Source: Eledone cirrhosa (lineage: Eukaryota). From it: DNA of 64,000 nucleotides. The position numbers and the translations under genes are program-made. The notes below the pieces were generated by a model. The model did no database searches, had not been told where the DNA came from, and saw only the letters and a list, made by a program, of their open reading frames with translations. Location: positions 40,672,001 to 40,736,000 of the forward strand of contig OZ024741.1 of assembly GCA_964016885.1 (NCBI GenBank), read 5' to 3'. This document shows positions 32,567 to 49,515 of the stretch, piece after piece; within the stretch, counting starts at the first letter, position 1; every line of letters begins with the position of its first letter.

Positions 32567-34595
32567 TGTCCCCGAAAAATGTATACACACTTTGATTATC
32601 TGTACAGGCAATATATATATTAGAATGGTGTATACATTTTTAGGGACTCCGGTATATATATATATATGGCGTCCCCGGAAAATGTATACACACTTTGATT
32701 ACCTGTACAGGCAATATATATATTAGAATGGTGTATACATTTTTAGGGACCCCGGTATATATATATATATATATATATATGGTGTCCCCGAAAAATGTAT
32801 ACACACTTTGATTATCTGTACAGGCAGTATATATATCAGAGTGGTGTATACATTTTTAGTGACACCGGTATATATATGGTGTCCCCGACAAATGTGTACA
32901 CACTTTGATTACCTGTACAATCAATATATATATTAGAATGGTGTATACATTTTTAGGGACCCCGGAATATATATATATATATATGTGGTGTCCCTGAATA
33001 ATGTATACACACTTTGATTATCTGTACAGGCAATATATATATTAGAATGTTGTATACATTTTTAGGGACCCCGGTATATATATATGGTGTCCCCGAAAAA
33101 TGTGTACACACTTTGATTACCTGTACAGGCAATATATATATTAGAACGGTGTATAGATTTTTAGGGACCCCGGTATATATATATATATATATAGGGTGTC
33201 CCCGAAAAATGTATACACACTTTGATTACCTGTACAGGCAATATATATATTAGAATGCTGTATACATTTTTAGGGACCCCGGTATATATATATATATATA
33301 TATATATGGTGTCCCCGAAAATGTATACACACTTTGATTATCTGCACAGGCAATATATATATTAGAATGGTGTATACATTTTTAGGGACCCCGGTATATA
33401 TATATATGGTGTCCCCGAAAAATGTATACACATTTTGATTACCTGTACAGGCAATATATTTATTAGAAAGGTGTATACATTTTTAGGGACCTCGGTATAT
33501 ATATATATATATGGTGTCCCCGAAAAATGTATAAACACTTTGATTACCTGTACAGGCAATATATATATTAGCATGGTGTATACATTTTTAGGGACTCCGG
33601 TATATATATATATATGGTGTCCCCTGAAAATGTATACACACTTTGATTACCTGTCCAGGCAATATATATATTAGAATGGTGTATACATTTTTAGGGACCC
33701 CGGTATATATATATATATATATGGTGTCCCCGAAAAATGTATACACACTTTGATTACCTGTACAGTCAATATATATATTAGAATGGTGTATACACTTTTA
33801 GGGAACCCGGTATATATATATATATATATATATATGGTGTCCCCGAAAAATGTATACACACTTTGATTATCTGTACAGGCAATATATATATCAGAATGGT
33901 GTATACATTTTTAGGGACTCCGGTATATATATATATATGGCGTCCCCGGAAAATGTATACACACTTTCATTACCTGTACAGGCAATATATATATTAGAAT
34001 GGTGTATACATTTTTAGGGACCTCGGTATATATATATATATATATATATGGTGTCCCCGAAAAATGTATACACACTTTGATTACCTGTACAGGCACTATA
34101 TATATTAGAATGGTGTATACATTTTTAGGGACCCCGGTATATATATATATATGGCGTCCCCGGAAAATGTATACACACTTTCATTACCTGTACAGGCAAT
34201 ATATATATTAGAATGGTGTATACATTTTTAGGGACACCGGTATATATATATATATGGTGTCCCCGGAAAATGTATACACACTTTGATTATCTGTACAGGC
34301 AATATATATATTAGAATGGTGTATACATTTTTAGGGACCCCGGTATATATATATACATATATATATGGTGTCCCCGAAAAATGTATACACACTTTGTATA
34401 TGGTGTCCCCTGAAAAATGTATACACACTTTGATTACCTGTACAGGCAATATATATATTAGAATGGTGTATACATTTTTAGGGACCCCGGTATATATATA
34501 TATATATGGTGTCCCTGAAAAATGTATACACACTTTGATTACCTGTACAGGCAATATATATATTAGAAGGGTGTATACATTTTTAGGGACCCCCG

Positions 34596-34628
<33 letters not shown>

Positions 34629-35031
34629 GGTGTCCCCGAAAAATGTATACACACTTTGATATATGGTGTCCCCGGAAAATGTATACACACTTTGATTACC
34701 TGTACAGGCAATATATATATTAGAATGGTGTATACATTTTTAGGGACCCCGGTATATATATATACATATATATATGGTGTCCCCGAAAAATGTATACACA
34801 CTTTGTATATGGTGTCCCCTGAAAAATGTATACACACTTTGATTACCTGTACAGGCAATATATATATTAGAATGGTGTATACATTTTTAGGGACCGCGGT
34901 ATATATATATATATGGTGTCCCCGAAAAATGTATACGCACTTTGATTATCTGTACAGGCAATATATATATTAGAATGGTGTATACATTTTTAGGGACCTC
35001 TGTATGTATATATATATATATATATATATAT
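23688..35031 (+). repeat. Tandem duplication of a 5672-bp block (23688-29359 / 29360-35031)
   Basis: All paired ORFs show a constant offset of 5672 (23763/29435, 26002/31674, 28911/34583, 29215/34887). Rare variants are shared. Confidence 0.93.
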
Positions 35032-35220
35032 GGTGTCCCCGAAAAATGTATACACACTTTGATTATCTGTACAGGCAATATATATATCAGAATGGTGTAT
35101 ACATTTTTAGGGACCCCGGTATATATATATATATGGTGTCCCCGAAAAATGTATACACACTTTGATTACCTGTACAGTCAATATATATATTAGAATGGTG
35201 TATACATTTTTAGGGACCCC

Positions 35221-35275
<55 letters not shown>

Positions 35276-35571
35276 TGTCCCCGAAAAATGTATACACACT
35301 TTGATTATCTGTACAGGCAATATATACATTAGAATAGTGTATACATTTTTAGGGACCCCGGTATATATAAATATATATATATATGGTGTCCCCGAAAAAT
35401 GTATACACACATTGATTACCTGTACAGGCAATATATATATTAGAATGGTGTATACATTTTTAGGGACTCCGGTATATATATGGTGTCCCCGGAAAATGTA
35501 TACACACTTTGATTACCTGTACAGGCAATATATATATTAGAATGGTGTATACATTTTTAGGGACCCCGGTA

Positions 35572-35604
<33 letters not shown>

Positions 35605-35690
35605 GGTGTCCCCGAGAAATGTGTACACACGTTGATTACCTGTACAGGCAATATATATATTAGAATGGTGTATACATTTTTAGGGACCTC

Positions 35691-35727
<37 letters not shown>

Positions 35728-36021
35728 TGTCCCCGAAAAATGTATACTCACTTTGATTACCTGTACAGGCAATATATATATTAGAATGGTGTATACATTT
35801 TGAGGGACCCCGGTATATATATATATGGTGTCCCCGAAAAATGTATACACACTTTGATTATCTGTACAGGCAATATATATATTAGAATGGTGTATACACT
35901 TTTAGGGACCCCTGTATATATATATATATATATATATGGTGTCCCCAAAAAATATATACACACTTTGATTACCTGTATAGGCAATATATATATTAGAATG
36001 GTGTATACATTTTTAGGGACC

Positions 36022-36056
<35 letters not shown>

Positions 36057-37203
36057 TGTCCCCGAAAAATGTATACACACTTTGATTATCTGTACAGGCA
36101 ATATATATATTAGAATGGTGTATACATTTTTAGGGACTCCGGTATATATATATATATGGTGTCCCCGGAAAATGTATACACACTTTGATTACCTGTACAG
36201 GCAATATACATATTAGAATGCTGTATACATTTTTAGGGACCCCGGTATATATATATATATATATATATGGTGTCCCCGAAAAATGTATACACACTTTGAT
36301 TATCTGTACAGGCAATATATATATCAGAATGGTGTATACATTTTTAGGGACACCGGTATATATATATATGGTGTCCCCGACAAATGTGTACACACTTTGA
36401 TTACCTGTACGATCAATATATATATTAGAATGGTGTATACATTTTTAGGGACCCCGGAATATATATATATATATATGTGGTGTCCCTGAAAAGTGTATAC
36501 ACACTTTGATTATCTGTACAGGCAATATATATATTAGAATGTTGTATACATTTTTAGGGACCCCGGTATATATATATGGTGTCCCCGAAAAATGTGTACA
36601 CACTTTGATTACCTGTACAGGCAATATATATATTAGAACGGTGTATAGATTTTTAGGGACCCCGGTATATATATATATATATATAGGGTGTCCCCGAAAA
36701 ATGTATACACACTTTGATTACCTGTACAGGCAATATATATATTAGAATGCTGTATACATTTTTAGGGACCCCGGTATATATATATATATATATATATATG
36801 GTGTCCCCGAAAATGTATACACACTTTGATTATCTGCACAGGCAATATATATATTAGAATGGTGTATACATTTTTAGGGACCCCGGTATATATATATATA
36901 GTGTCCCCGAAAAATGTATACACATTTTGATTACCTGTACAGGCAATATATATATTAGAAAGGTGTATACATTTATAGGGACCCCGGTATATATATATAT
37001 ATATATATGGTGTCCCCGGAAAATGTATGCACACTTTGATTACCTGTACAGTCAATATATATATTAGAATGGTGTATACATTTTTAGGGACCCCAGTATA
37101 TATATATATATATATATGGTGTCCCCGAAAAATGTATACACACTTTGATTACCTGTACAGTCAATATATAAATTAGAATGGTGTATACATTTTTAGAGAC
37201 CTC

Positions 37204-37238
<35 letters not shown>

Positions 37239-37536
37239 TGTCCCCGAAAAATGTATACACACTTTGATTACCTGTACAGGCAATATATATATTAGCATGG
37301 TGTATACATTTTTAGGGACTCCGGTATATATATATATATGGTGTCCCCTGAAAATGTATACACACTTTGATTACCTGTCCAGGCAATATATATATTAGAA
37401 TGGTGTATACATTTTTAGGGACCCCGGTATATATATATATATATATATGGTGTCCCCGAAAAATGTATACACACTTTGATTACCTGTACAGTCAATATAT
37501 ATATTAGAATGGTGTATACATTTTTAGAGACCTCGG

Positions 37537-37567
<31 letters not shown>

Positions 37568-37976
37568 GGTGTCCCCGAAAAATGTATACACACTTTGATT
37601 ACCTGTACAGGCAATATATATATTAGCATGGTGTATACATTTTTAGGGACTCCGGTATATATATATATATGGTGTCCCCTGAAAATGTATACACACTTTG
37701 ATTACCTGTCCAGGCAATATATATATTAGAATGGTGTATACATTTTTAGGGACCCCGGTATATATATATATATATATATGGTGTCCCCGAAAAATGTATA
37801 CACACTTTGATTACCTGTACAGTCAATATATATATTAGAATGGTGTATACATTTTTAGGGACCCCGGTATATATATATATATATATATATGGTGTCCCCG
37901 AAAAATGTATACACACTTTGATTACCTGTACAGTCAATATATATATTAGAATGGTGTATACATTTTTAGGGACCCC

Positions 37977-38015
<39 letters not shown>

Positions 38016-38202
38016 TGTCCCCGAAAAATGTATACACACTTTGATTACCTGTACAGGCAATATATATATTAGAATGGTGTATACATTTTTAGGGACTCCG
38101 GTATATATATATATATGGTGTCCCCTGAAAATGTATACACACTTTGATTACCTGTACAGTCAATATATATATTAGAATGGTGTATACATTTTTAGGGAAC
38201 CC

Positions 38203-38243
<41 letters not shown>

Positions 38244-40121
38244 TGTCCCCGAAAAATGTATACACACTTTGATTATCTGTACAGGCAATATATATATCAG
38301 AATGGTGTATAAATTTTTAGGGACTCCGGTATATATCTATATATGGCGTCCCCGGAAAATGTATACACACTTTCATTACCTGTACAGGCAATATATATAT
38401 TAGAATGGTGTATACATTTTTAGGGACCTCGGTATATATATATATATATATATATGGTGTCCCCGAAAAATGTATACACACTTTGATTACCTGTACAGGC
38501 ACTATATATATTAGAATGGTGTATACATTTTTAGGGACCCCGGTATATATATATATATATATATATATGGTGTCCCCGAAAATGTATACACACTTTGATT
38601 ATCTGTCCAGGCAATATATATATTAGAATGGTGTATACATTTTTAGGGACCCCGGTATATATATATATATGGTGTCCCCGAAAAATGTATACACACTTTG
38701 ATTACCTGTACAGGCAATATATATATTAGAAAGGTGTATACATTTATAGGGACCCCGGTATATATATATATATGGTGTCCCCGAAAAATGTATACACACT
38801 TTCATTACCTGTACAGGCAATATATATATTAGAATGGTGTATACATTTTTAGGGACCCCGGTATATATATATATATATATGGTGTCCCCGAAAAATGTAT
38901 ACACACTTTGATTATCTGTACAAACAATATATATATTAGAATGGTGTATACATTTTTAGGGACTCCGGTATATATATATATGGTGTCCCCGGAAAATGTA
39001 TACACACTTTGATTATCTGTACTGGCAATATATATATTAGAATGGTGTATACATTTTTAGGGACTCCGGTATATATATATATATGGCGTCCCCGGAAAAT
39101 GTATACACACTTTGATTACCTGTACAGGCAATATATATATTAGAATGGTGTATACATTTTTAGGGACACCGGTATATATATATATATGGTGTCCCCGGAA
39201 AATGTATACACACTTTGATTATCTGTACAGGCAATATATATATTAGAATGGTGTATACATTTTTAGGGACTCCGGTATATATATATATATGGCGTCCCCG
39301 GAAAATGTATACACACTTTGATTACCTGTACAGGCAATATATATATTAGAATGGTGTATACATTTTTAGGGACACCGGTATATATATATATGGTGTCCCC
39401 GACAAATCTGTACACACTTTGATTACCTGTACAGGCAATATATATATTAGAATGGTGTATACATTTTTAGGGACACCGGTATATATATATATATGGTGTC
39501 CCCGGAAAATGTATACACACTTTGATTATCTGTACAGGCAATATATATATTAGAATGCTGTATACATTTTTAGGGACCCCGGTATATATATATATATATA
39601 TATATGGTGTCCCCGAAAAATGTATACACACTTTGATTACCTGTACAGTCAATATATATATTAGAATGGTGTATACATTTTTAGGGACCCCGGTATATAT
39701 ATATATATATATGGTGTCCCCGAAAAATGTATACACACTTTGATTACCTGTATAGTCAATATATATATTAGAATGGTGTATACATTTTTAGGGACCTCGG
39801 TATATATATATATATATATATATGGTGTCCCCGAAAAATGTATACACACTTTGATTACCTGTACAGGCAATATATATATTAGCATGGTGTATACATTTTT
39901 AGGGACTCCGGTATATATATATATATGGTGTCCCCTGAAAATGTATACACACTTTGATTACCTGTCCAGGCAATATATATATTAGAATGGTGTATACATT
40001 TTTAGGGACCCCGGTATATATATATATATATATATGGTGTCCCCGAAAAATGTATACACACTTTGATTACCTGTACAGTCAATATATATATTAGAATGGT
40101 GTATACATTTTTAGGGAACCC

Positions 40122-40156
<35 letters not shown>

Positions 40157-41177
40157 GGTGTCCCCGAAAAATGTATACACACTTTGATTACCTGTACATG
40201 CACTATATATATTAGAATGGTGTATACATTTTTAGGGACCCCGGTATATATATATATATATATATATGGTGTCCCCGAAAATGTATACACACTTTGATTA
40301 TCTGTACAGGCAATATATATATTAGAATGGTGTATACATTTTTAGGGATCCCGGTATATATATATATATGGTGTCCCCGAAAAATGTATACACACTTTGA
40401 TTACCTGTACAGGCAATATATATATTAGAAAGGTGTATACATTTATAGGGACCCCGGTATATATATATATATGGTGTCCCCGAAAAATGTATACACACTT
40501 TCATTACCTGTACAGGCAATATATATATTAGAATGGTGTATACATTTTTAGGGACCCCGGTATATATATATATATATATATGGTGTCCCCGAAAAATGTA
40601 TACACACTTTAATTATCTGTACAAACAATATATATATTAGAATGGTGTATACATTTTTAGGGACTCCGGTATATATATATATGGTGTCCCCGGAAAATGT
40701 ATACACACTTTGATTATCTGTACAGGCAATATATATATTAGAATGGTGTATACATTTTTAGGGACTCCGGTATATATATATATATGGCGTCCCCGGAAAA
40801 TGTATACACACTTTGATTACCTGTACAGGCAATATATATATTAGAATGGTGTATACATTTTTAGGGACACCGGTATATATATATATATGGTGTCCCCGGA
40901 AAATGTATACACACTTTGATTATCTGTATAGGCAATTTATATATTAGAATGGTGTATACATTTTTAGGGACTCCGGTATATATATATATATGGCGTCCCC
41001 GGAAAATGTATACACACTTTGATTACCTGTACCGGCAATATATATATTAGAATGGTGTATACATTTTGGGGACACCGGTATATATATATATGGTGTCCCC
41101 GACAAATCTGTACACACTTTGATTACCTGTACAGGCAATATATATATTAGAATGGTGTATACATTTTTAGGGACCCC

Positions 41178-41226
<49 letters not shown>

Positions 41227-42779
41227 TGTCCCCGAAAAATGTATACACACTTTGATTATCTGTACAGGCAATATATATATTAGAATGGTGTATACATTTT
41301 TAGGGACTCCGGTATATATATATATATGGCGTCCCCGGAAAATGTATACACACTTTGATTACCTGTACAGGCAATATATATATTAGAATGGTGTATACAT
41401 TTTTAGGGACCTCGGTATATATATATATATATATGGTGTCCCCGGAAAATGTATACACACTTTGATTACCTGTACAGGCAATATATATATTAGAATGGTG
41501 TATACATTTTTAGGGACCCCGGTATATATATATATATATATAGTGTGTCCCCGAAAAATGTATACACATTTTGATTACCTGTACAGGCAATATATATATT
41601 AGAATGGTGTATACATTTTTAGGGACCGCGGTATATATATATATATGGTGTCCCCGAAAAATGTATACACACTTTGATTACCTGTACAGGCAATATATAT
41701 ATTAGAATGCTGTATACATTTTTAGGGACCCCGGTATATATATATATATATATATATATATGGTGTCCCCGAAAATGTATACACACTTTGATTATCTGCA
41801 CAGGCAATATATATATTAGAATGGTGTATACATTTTTAGGGACCCCGGTATATATATATATGGTGTCCCCGAAAAATGTATACACATTTTGATTACCTGT
41901 ACAGGCAATATATATATTAGAAAGGTGTATACATTTATAGGGACCCCGGTATATATATATATATGGTGTCCCCGAAAAATGTATACACACTTTCATTACC
42001 TGTACAGGCAATATATATATTAGAATGGTGTATACATTTTTAGGGACCCCGGTATATATATATATATATATATGGTGTCCCCGGAAAATGTATACACACT
42101 TTGATTACCTGTACAGTCAATATATATATTAGAATGGTGTATACATTTTTAGGGACCCCGGTATATATATATATATATATATGGTGTCGCCGAAAAATGT
42201 ATACACACTTTGATTACCTGTACAGTCAATATATATATTAGAATGGTGTATACATTTTTAGGGACCCCGGTATATATATATATATATATATGGTGTCCCC
42301 GAAAAATGTATACACACTTTGATTACCTGTACAGTCAATATATATATTAGAATGGTGTATACATTTTTAGGGACCTCGGTATATATATATATATATATAT
42401 ATATGGTGTCCCCGAAAAATGTATACACACTTTGATTACCTGTACAGGCAATATATATATTAGCATGGTGTATACATTTTTAGGGACCCCGGTATATATA
42501 TATATGGTGTCCCCGAAAAATGTATACACATTTTGATTACCTGTACAGGCAATATATATATTAGAAAGGTGTATACATTTATAGGGACCCCGGTATATAT
42601 ATATATATGGTGTCCCCGAAAAATTTATACACACTTTCATTACCTGTACAGGCAATATATATATTAGAATGGTGTATACATTTTTAGGGACCCCGGTATA
42701 TATATATATATATATGGTGTCCCCGGAAAATGTATACACACTTTGATTACCTGTACAGTCAATATATATATTAGAATGG

Positions 42780-43451
42780 TGTATACATTTTTAGGGACCC
42801 CGGTATATATATATATATATATATGGTGTCGCCGAAAAATGTATACACACTTTGATTACCTGTACAGTCAATATATATATTAGAATGGTGTATACATTTT
42901 TAGGGACCCCGGTATATATATATATATATATGGTGTCCCCGAAAAATGTATACACACTTTGATTACCTGTACAGTCAATATATATATTAGAATGGTGTAT
43001 ACATTTTTAGGGACCTCGGTATATATATATATATATATATATATATGGTGTCCCCGAAAAATGTATACACACTTTGATTACCTGTACAGGCAATATATAT
43101 ATTAGCATGGTGTATACATTTTTAGGGACTCCGGTATATATATATATATGGTGTCCCCTGAAAATGTATACACACTTTGATTACCTGTCCAGGCAATATA
43201 TATATTAGAATGGTGTATACATTTTTAGGGACCCCGGTATATATATATATATATATGGTGTCCCCGAAAAATGTATACACACTTTGATTACCTGTACAGT
43301 CAATATATATATTAGAATGGTGTATACATTTTTAGGGACCCCGGTATATATATATATATATATATGGTGTCCCCGAAAAATGTATACACACTTTGATTAC
43401 CTGTACAGTCAATATATATATTAGAATGGTGTATACATTTTTAGGGACCCC

Positions 43452-43504
<53 letters not shown>

Positions 43505-45266
43505 TGTCCCCGAAAAATGTATACACACTTTGATTACCTGTACAGGCAATATATATATTAGAATGGTGTATACATTTTTAGGGACTCCGGTATATATATA
43601 TATATGGTGTCCCCTGAAAATGTATACACACTTTGATTACCTGTACAGTCAATATATATATTAGAATGGTGTATACATTTTTAGGGAACCCGGTATATAT
43701 ATATATATATATATATATATGGTGTCCCCGAAAAATGTATACACACTTTGATTATCTGTACAGGCAATATATATATCAGAATGGTGTATACATTTTTAGG
43801 GACTCCGGTATATATATATATATGGCGTCCCCGGAAAATGTATACACACTTTCATTACCTGTACAGGCAATATATATATTAGAATGGTGTATACATTTTT
43901 AGGGACCTCGGTATATATATATATATATATATGGTGTCCCCGAAAAATGTATACACACTTTGATTACCTGTACAGGCACTATATATATTAGAATGGTGTA
44001 TACATTTTTAGGGACCCCGGTATATATATATATATATATATATGGTGTCCCCGAAAATGTATACACACTTTGATTATCTGTCCAGGCAATATATATATTA
44101 GAATGGTGTATACATTTTTAGGGACCCCGGTATATATATATATATGGTGTCCCCGAAAAATGTATACACACTTTGATTACCTGTACAGGCAATATATATA
44201 TTAGAAAGGTGTATACATTTATAGGGACCCCGGTATATATATATATATGGTGTCCCCGAAAAATGCATACACACTTTCATTACCTGTACAGGCAATATAT
44301 ATATTAGAATGGTGTATACATTTTTAGGGACCCCGGTATATATATATATATATATGGTGTCCCCGAAAAATGTATACACACTTTGATTATCTGTACAAAC
44401 AATATATATATTAGAATGGTGTATACATTTTTAGGGACTCCGGTATATATATATATGGTGTCCCCGGAAAATGTATACACACTTTGATTATCTGTACTGG
44501 CAATATATATATTAGAATGGTGTATACATTTTTAGGGACTCCGGTATATATATATATATGGCGTCCCCGGAAAATGTATACACACTTTGATTACCTGTAC
44601 AGGCAATATATATATTAGAATGGTGTATACATTTTTAGGGACACCGGTATATATATATATATGGTGTCCCCGGAAAATGTATACACACTTTGATTATCTG
44701 TACAGGCAATATATATATTAGAATGGTGTATACATTTTTAGGGACTCCGGTATATATATATATATGGCGTCCCCGGAAAATGTATACACACTTTGACTAC
44801 CTGTACAGGCAATATATATATTAGAATGGGGTATACATTTTTAGGGACACCGGTATATATATATATGGTGTCCCCGACAAATCTGTACACACTTTGATTA
44901 CCTGTACAGGCAATATATATATTAGAATGGTGTATACATTTTTAGGGACCCCGGTATATATATATATATATATGGTGTCCCCGAAAAATGTATACACACT
45001 TTGATTATCTGTACAGGCAATATATATATTAGAATGGTGTATACATTTTTAGGGACTCCGGTATATATATATATATGGCGTCCCCGGAAAATGTATACAC
45101 ACTTTGATTACCTGTACAGGCAATATATATATATTAGAATGGTGTATACATTTTTAGGGACCGCGGTATATATATATATATGGTGTCCCCGAAAAATGTA
45201 TACACACTTTGATTACCTGTACAGGCAATATATATATTAGAATGCTGTATACATTTTTAGGGACCC

Positions 45267-45301
<35 letters not shown>

Positions 45302-45814
45302 TGTCCCCGAAAATGTATACACACTTTGATTATCTGCACAGGCAATATATATATTAGAATGGTGTATACATTTATAGGGACCCCGGTATATATATATATA
45401 TGGTGTCCCCGAAAAATGTATACACACTTTCATTACCTGTACAGGCAATATATATATTAGAATGGTGTATACATTTTTAGGGACCCCGGTATATATATAT
45501 ATATATATATAGTGTCCCCGGAAAATGTATACACACTTTGATTACCTGTACAGTCAATATATATATTAGAATGGTGTATACATTTTTAGGGGCCCCGGTA
45601 TATATATATATATATATATATGGTGTCCTCGAAAAATGTATACACACTTTGATTACCTGTACAGTCAATATATATATTAGAATGGTGTATACATTTTTAG
45701 GGACCCCGGTATATATATATATATATATGGTGTCCCCGAAAAATGTATACACACTTTGATTACCTGTACAGTCAATATATATATTAGAATGGTGTATACA
45801 TTTTTAGGGACCTC

Positions 45815-45849
<35 letters not shown>

Positions 45850-46793
45850 TGTCCCCGAAAAATGTATACACACTTTGATTACCTGTACAGGCAATATATA
45901 TATTAGCATGGTGTATACATTTTTAGGGACTCCGGTATATATATATATATGGTGTCCCCTGAAAATGTATACACACTTTGATTACCTGTCCAGGCAATAT
46001 ATATATTAGAATGGTGTATACATTTTTAGGGACCCCGGTATATATATATATATATATATGGTGTCCCCGAAAAATGTATACACACTTTGATTACCTGTAC
46101 AGTCAATATATATATTAGAATGGTGTATACATTTTTAGGGACCCCGGTATATATATATATATATATATGGTGTCGCCGAAAAATGTATACACACTTTGAT
46201 TACCTGTACAGTCAATATATATATTAGAATGGTGTATACATTTTTAGGGACCCCGGTATATATATATATATATATGGTGTCCCCGAAAAATGTATACACA
46301 CTTTGATTACCTGTACAGTCAATATATATATTAGAATGGTGTATACATTTTTAGGGACCTCGGTATATATATATATATATATATATATATGGTGTCCCCG
46401 AAAAATGTATACACACTTTGATTACCTGTACAGGCAATATATATATTAGCATGGTGTATACATTTTTAGGGACTCCGGTATATATATATATATGGTGTCC
46501 CCTGAAAATGTATACACACTTTGATTACCTGTCCAGGCAATATATATATTAGAATGGTGTATACATTTTTAGGGACCCCGGTATATATATATATATATAT
46601 GGTGTCCCCGAAAAATGTATACACACTTTGATTACCTGTACAGTCAATATATATATTAGAATGGTGTATACATTTTTAGGGACCCCGGTATATATATATA
46701 TATATATGGTGTCCCCGAAAAATGTATACACACTTTGATTACCTGTACAGTCAATATATATATTAGAATGGTGTATACATTTTTAGGGACCCC

Positions 46794-46840
<47 letters not shown>

Positions 46841-48500
46841 TGTCCCCGAAAAATGTATACACACTATGATTACCTGTACAGGCAATATATATATTAGAAT
46901 GGTGTATACATTTTTAGGGACTCCGGTATATATATATATATGGTGTCCCCTGAAAATGTATACACACTTTGATTACCTGTACAGTCAATATATATATTAG
47001 AATGGTGTATACATTTTTAGGGAACCCGGTATATATATATATATATATATATATATGGTGTCCCCGAAAAATGTATACACACTTTGATTATCTGTACAGG
47101 CAATATATATATCAGAATGGTGTATACATTTTTAGGGACTCCGGTATATATATATATATGGCGTCCCCGGAAAATGTATACACACTTTCATTACCTGTAC
47201 AGGCAATATATATATTAGAATGGTGTATACATTTTTAGGGACCTCGGTATATATATATATATATATATGGTGTCCCCGAAAAATGTATACACACTTTGAT
47301 TACCTGTACAGGCACTATATATATTAGAATGGTGTATACATTTTTAGGGACCCCGGTATATATATATATATATATATATGGTGTCCCCGAAAATGTATAC
47401 ACACTTTGATTATCTGTCCAGGCAATATATATATTAGAATGGTGTATACATTTTTAGGGACCCCGGTATATATATATATATGGTGTCCCCGAAAAATGTA
47501 TACACACTTTGATTACCTGTACAGGCAATATATATATTAGAAAGGTGTATACATTTATAGGGACCCCGGTATATATATATATATGGTGTGCCCGAAAAAT
47601 GTATACACACTTTCATTACCTGTACAGGCAATATATATATTAGAATGGTGTATACATTTTTAGGGACCCCGGTATATATATATATATATATGGTGTCCCC
47701 GAAAAATGTATACACACTTTGATTATCTGTACAAACAATATATATATTAGAATGGTGTATACATTTTTAGGGACTCCGGTATATATATATATGGTGTCCC
47801 CGGAAAATGTATACACACTTTGACTACCTGTACAGGCAATATATATATTAGAATGGGGTATACATTTTTAGGGACACCGGTATATATATATATATGGTGT
47901 CCCCGGAAAATGTATACACACTTTGATTATCTGTACAGGCAATATATATATTAGAATGGTGTATACATTTTTAGGGACTCCGGTATATATATATATATGG
48001 CGTCCCCGGAAAATGTATACACACTTTGACTACCTGTACAGGCAATATATATATTAGAATGGGGTATACATTTTTAGGGACACCGGTATATATATATATG
48101 GTGTCCTCGACAAATCTGTACACACTTTGATTACCTGTACAGGCAATATATATATTAGAATGGTGTATACATTTTTAGGGACCCCGGTATATATATATAT
48201 ATATATGGTGTCCCCGAAAAATGTATACACACTTTGATTATCTGTACAGGCAATATATATATTAGAATGGTGTATACATTTTTAGGGACTCCGGTATATA
48301 TATATATATGGCGTCCCCGGAAAATGTATACACACTTTGATTACCTGTACAGGCAATATATATATATTAGAATGGTGTATACATTTTTAGGGACCGCGGT
48401 ATATATATATATATGGTGTCCCCGAAAAATGTATACACACTTTGATTACCTGTACAGGCAATATATATATTAGAATGCTGTATACATTTTTAGGGACCCC

Positions 48501-48533
<33 letters not shown>

Positions 48534-48600
48534 TGTCCCCGAAAATGTATACACACTTTGATTATCTGCACAGGCAATATATATATTAGAATGGTGTATA
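42780..48600 (+). repeat. ~3.3-kb-offset higher-order duplication (boundaries approximate)
   Basis: Offsets of 3336 (43633/46969, 44098/47434), then 3233 (45001/48234), consistent with loss of one monomer. Confidence 0.75.
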
Positions 48601-49141
48601 CATTTTTAGGGACCCCGGTATATATATATATGGTGTCCCCGAAAAATGTATACACATTTTGATTACCTGTACAGGCAATATATATATTAGAAAGGTGTAT
48701 ACATTTATAGGGACCCCGGTATATATATATATATGGTGTCCCCGAAAAATGTATACACACTTTCATTACCTGTACAGGCAATATATATATTAGAATGGTG
48801 TATACATTTTTAGGGACCCCGGTATATATATATATATATATGGTGTCCCCGGAAAATGTATACACACTTTGATTACCTGTACAGTCAATATATATATTAG
48901 AATGGTGTATACATTTTTAGGGACCCCGGTATATATATATATATATATATATGGTGTCCCCGAAAAATGTATACACACTTTGATTACCTGTACAGTCAAT
49001 ATATATATTAGAATGGTGTATACATTTTTAGGGACCCCGGTATATATATATATATGGTGTCCCCGAAAAATGTATACACACTTTGATTACCTGTACAGTC
49101 AATATATATATTAGAATGGTGTATACATTTTTAGGGACCTC

Positions 49142-49180
<39 letters not shown>

Positions 49181-49476
49181 TGTCCCCGAAAAATGTATAC
49201 ACACTTTGATTACCTGTACAGGCAATATATATATTAGCATGGTGTATACATTTTTAGGGACTCCGCTATATATATATATATGGTGTCCCCTGAAAATGTA
49301 TACACACTTTGATTACCTGTCCAGGCAATATATATATTAGAATGGTGTATACATTTTTAGGGACCCCGGTATATATATATATATATATATGGTGTCCCCG
49401 AAAAATGTATACACACTTTGATTACCTGTACAGTCAATATATATATTAGAATGGTGTATACATTTTTAGGGAACCC

Positions 49477-49515
<39 letters not shown>

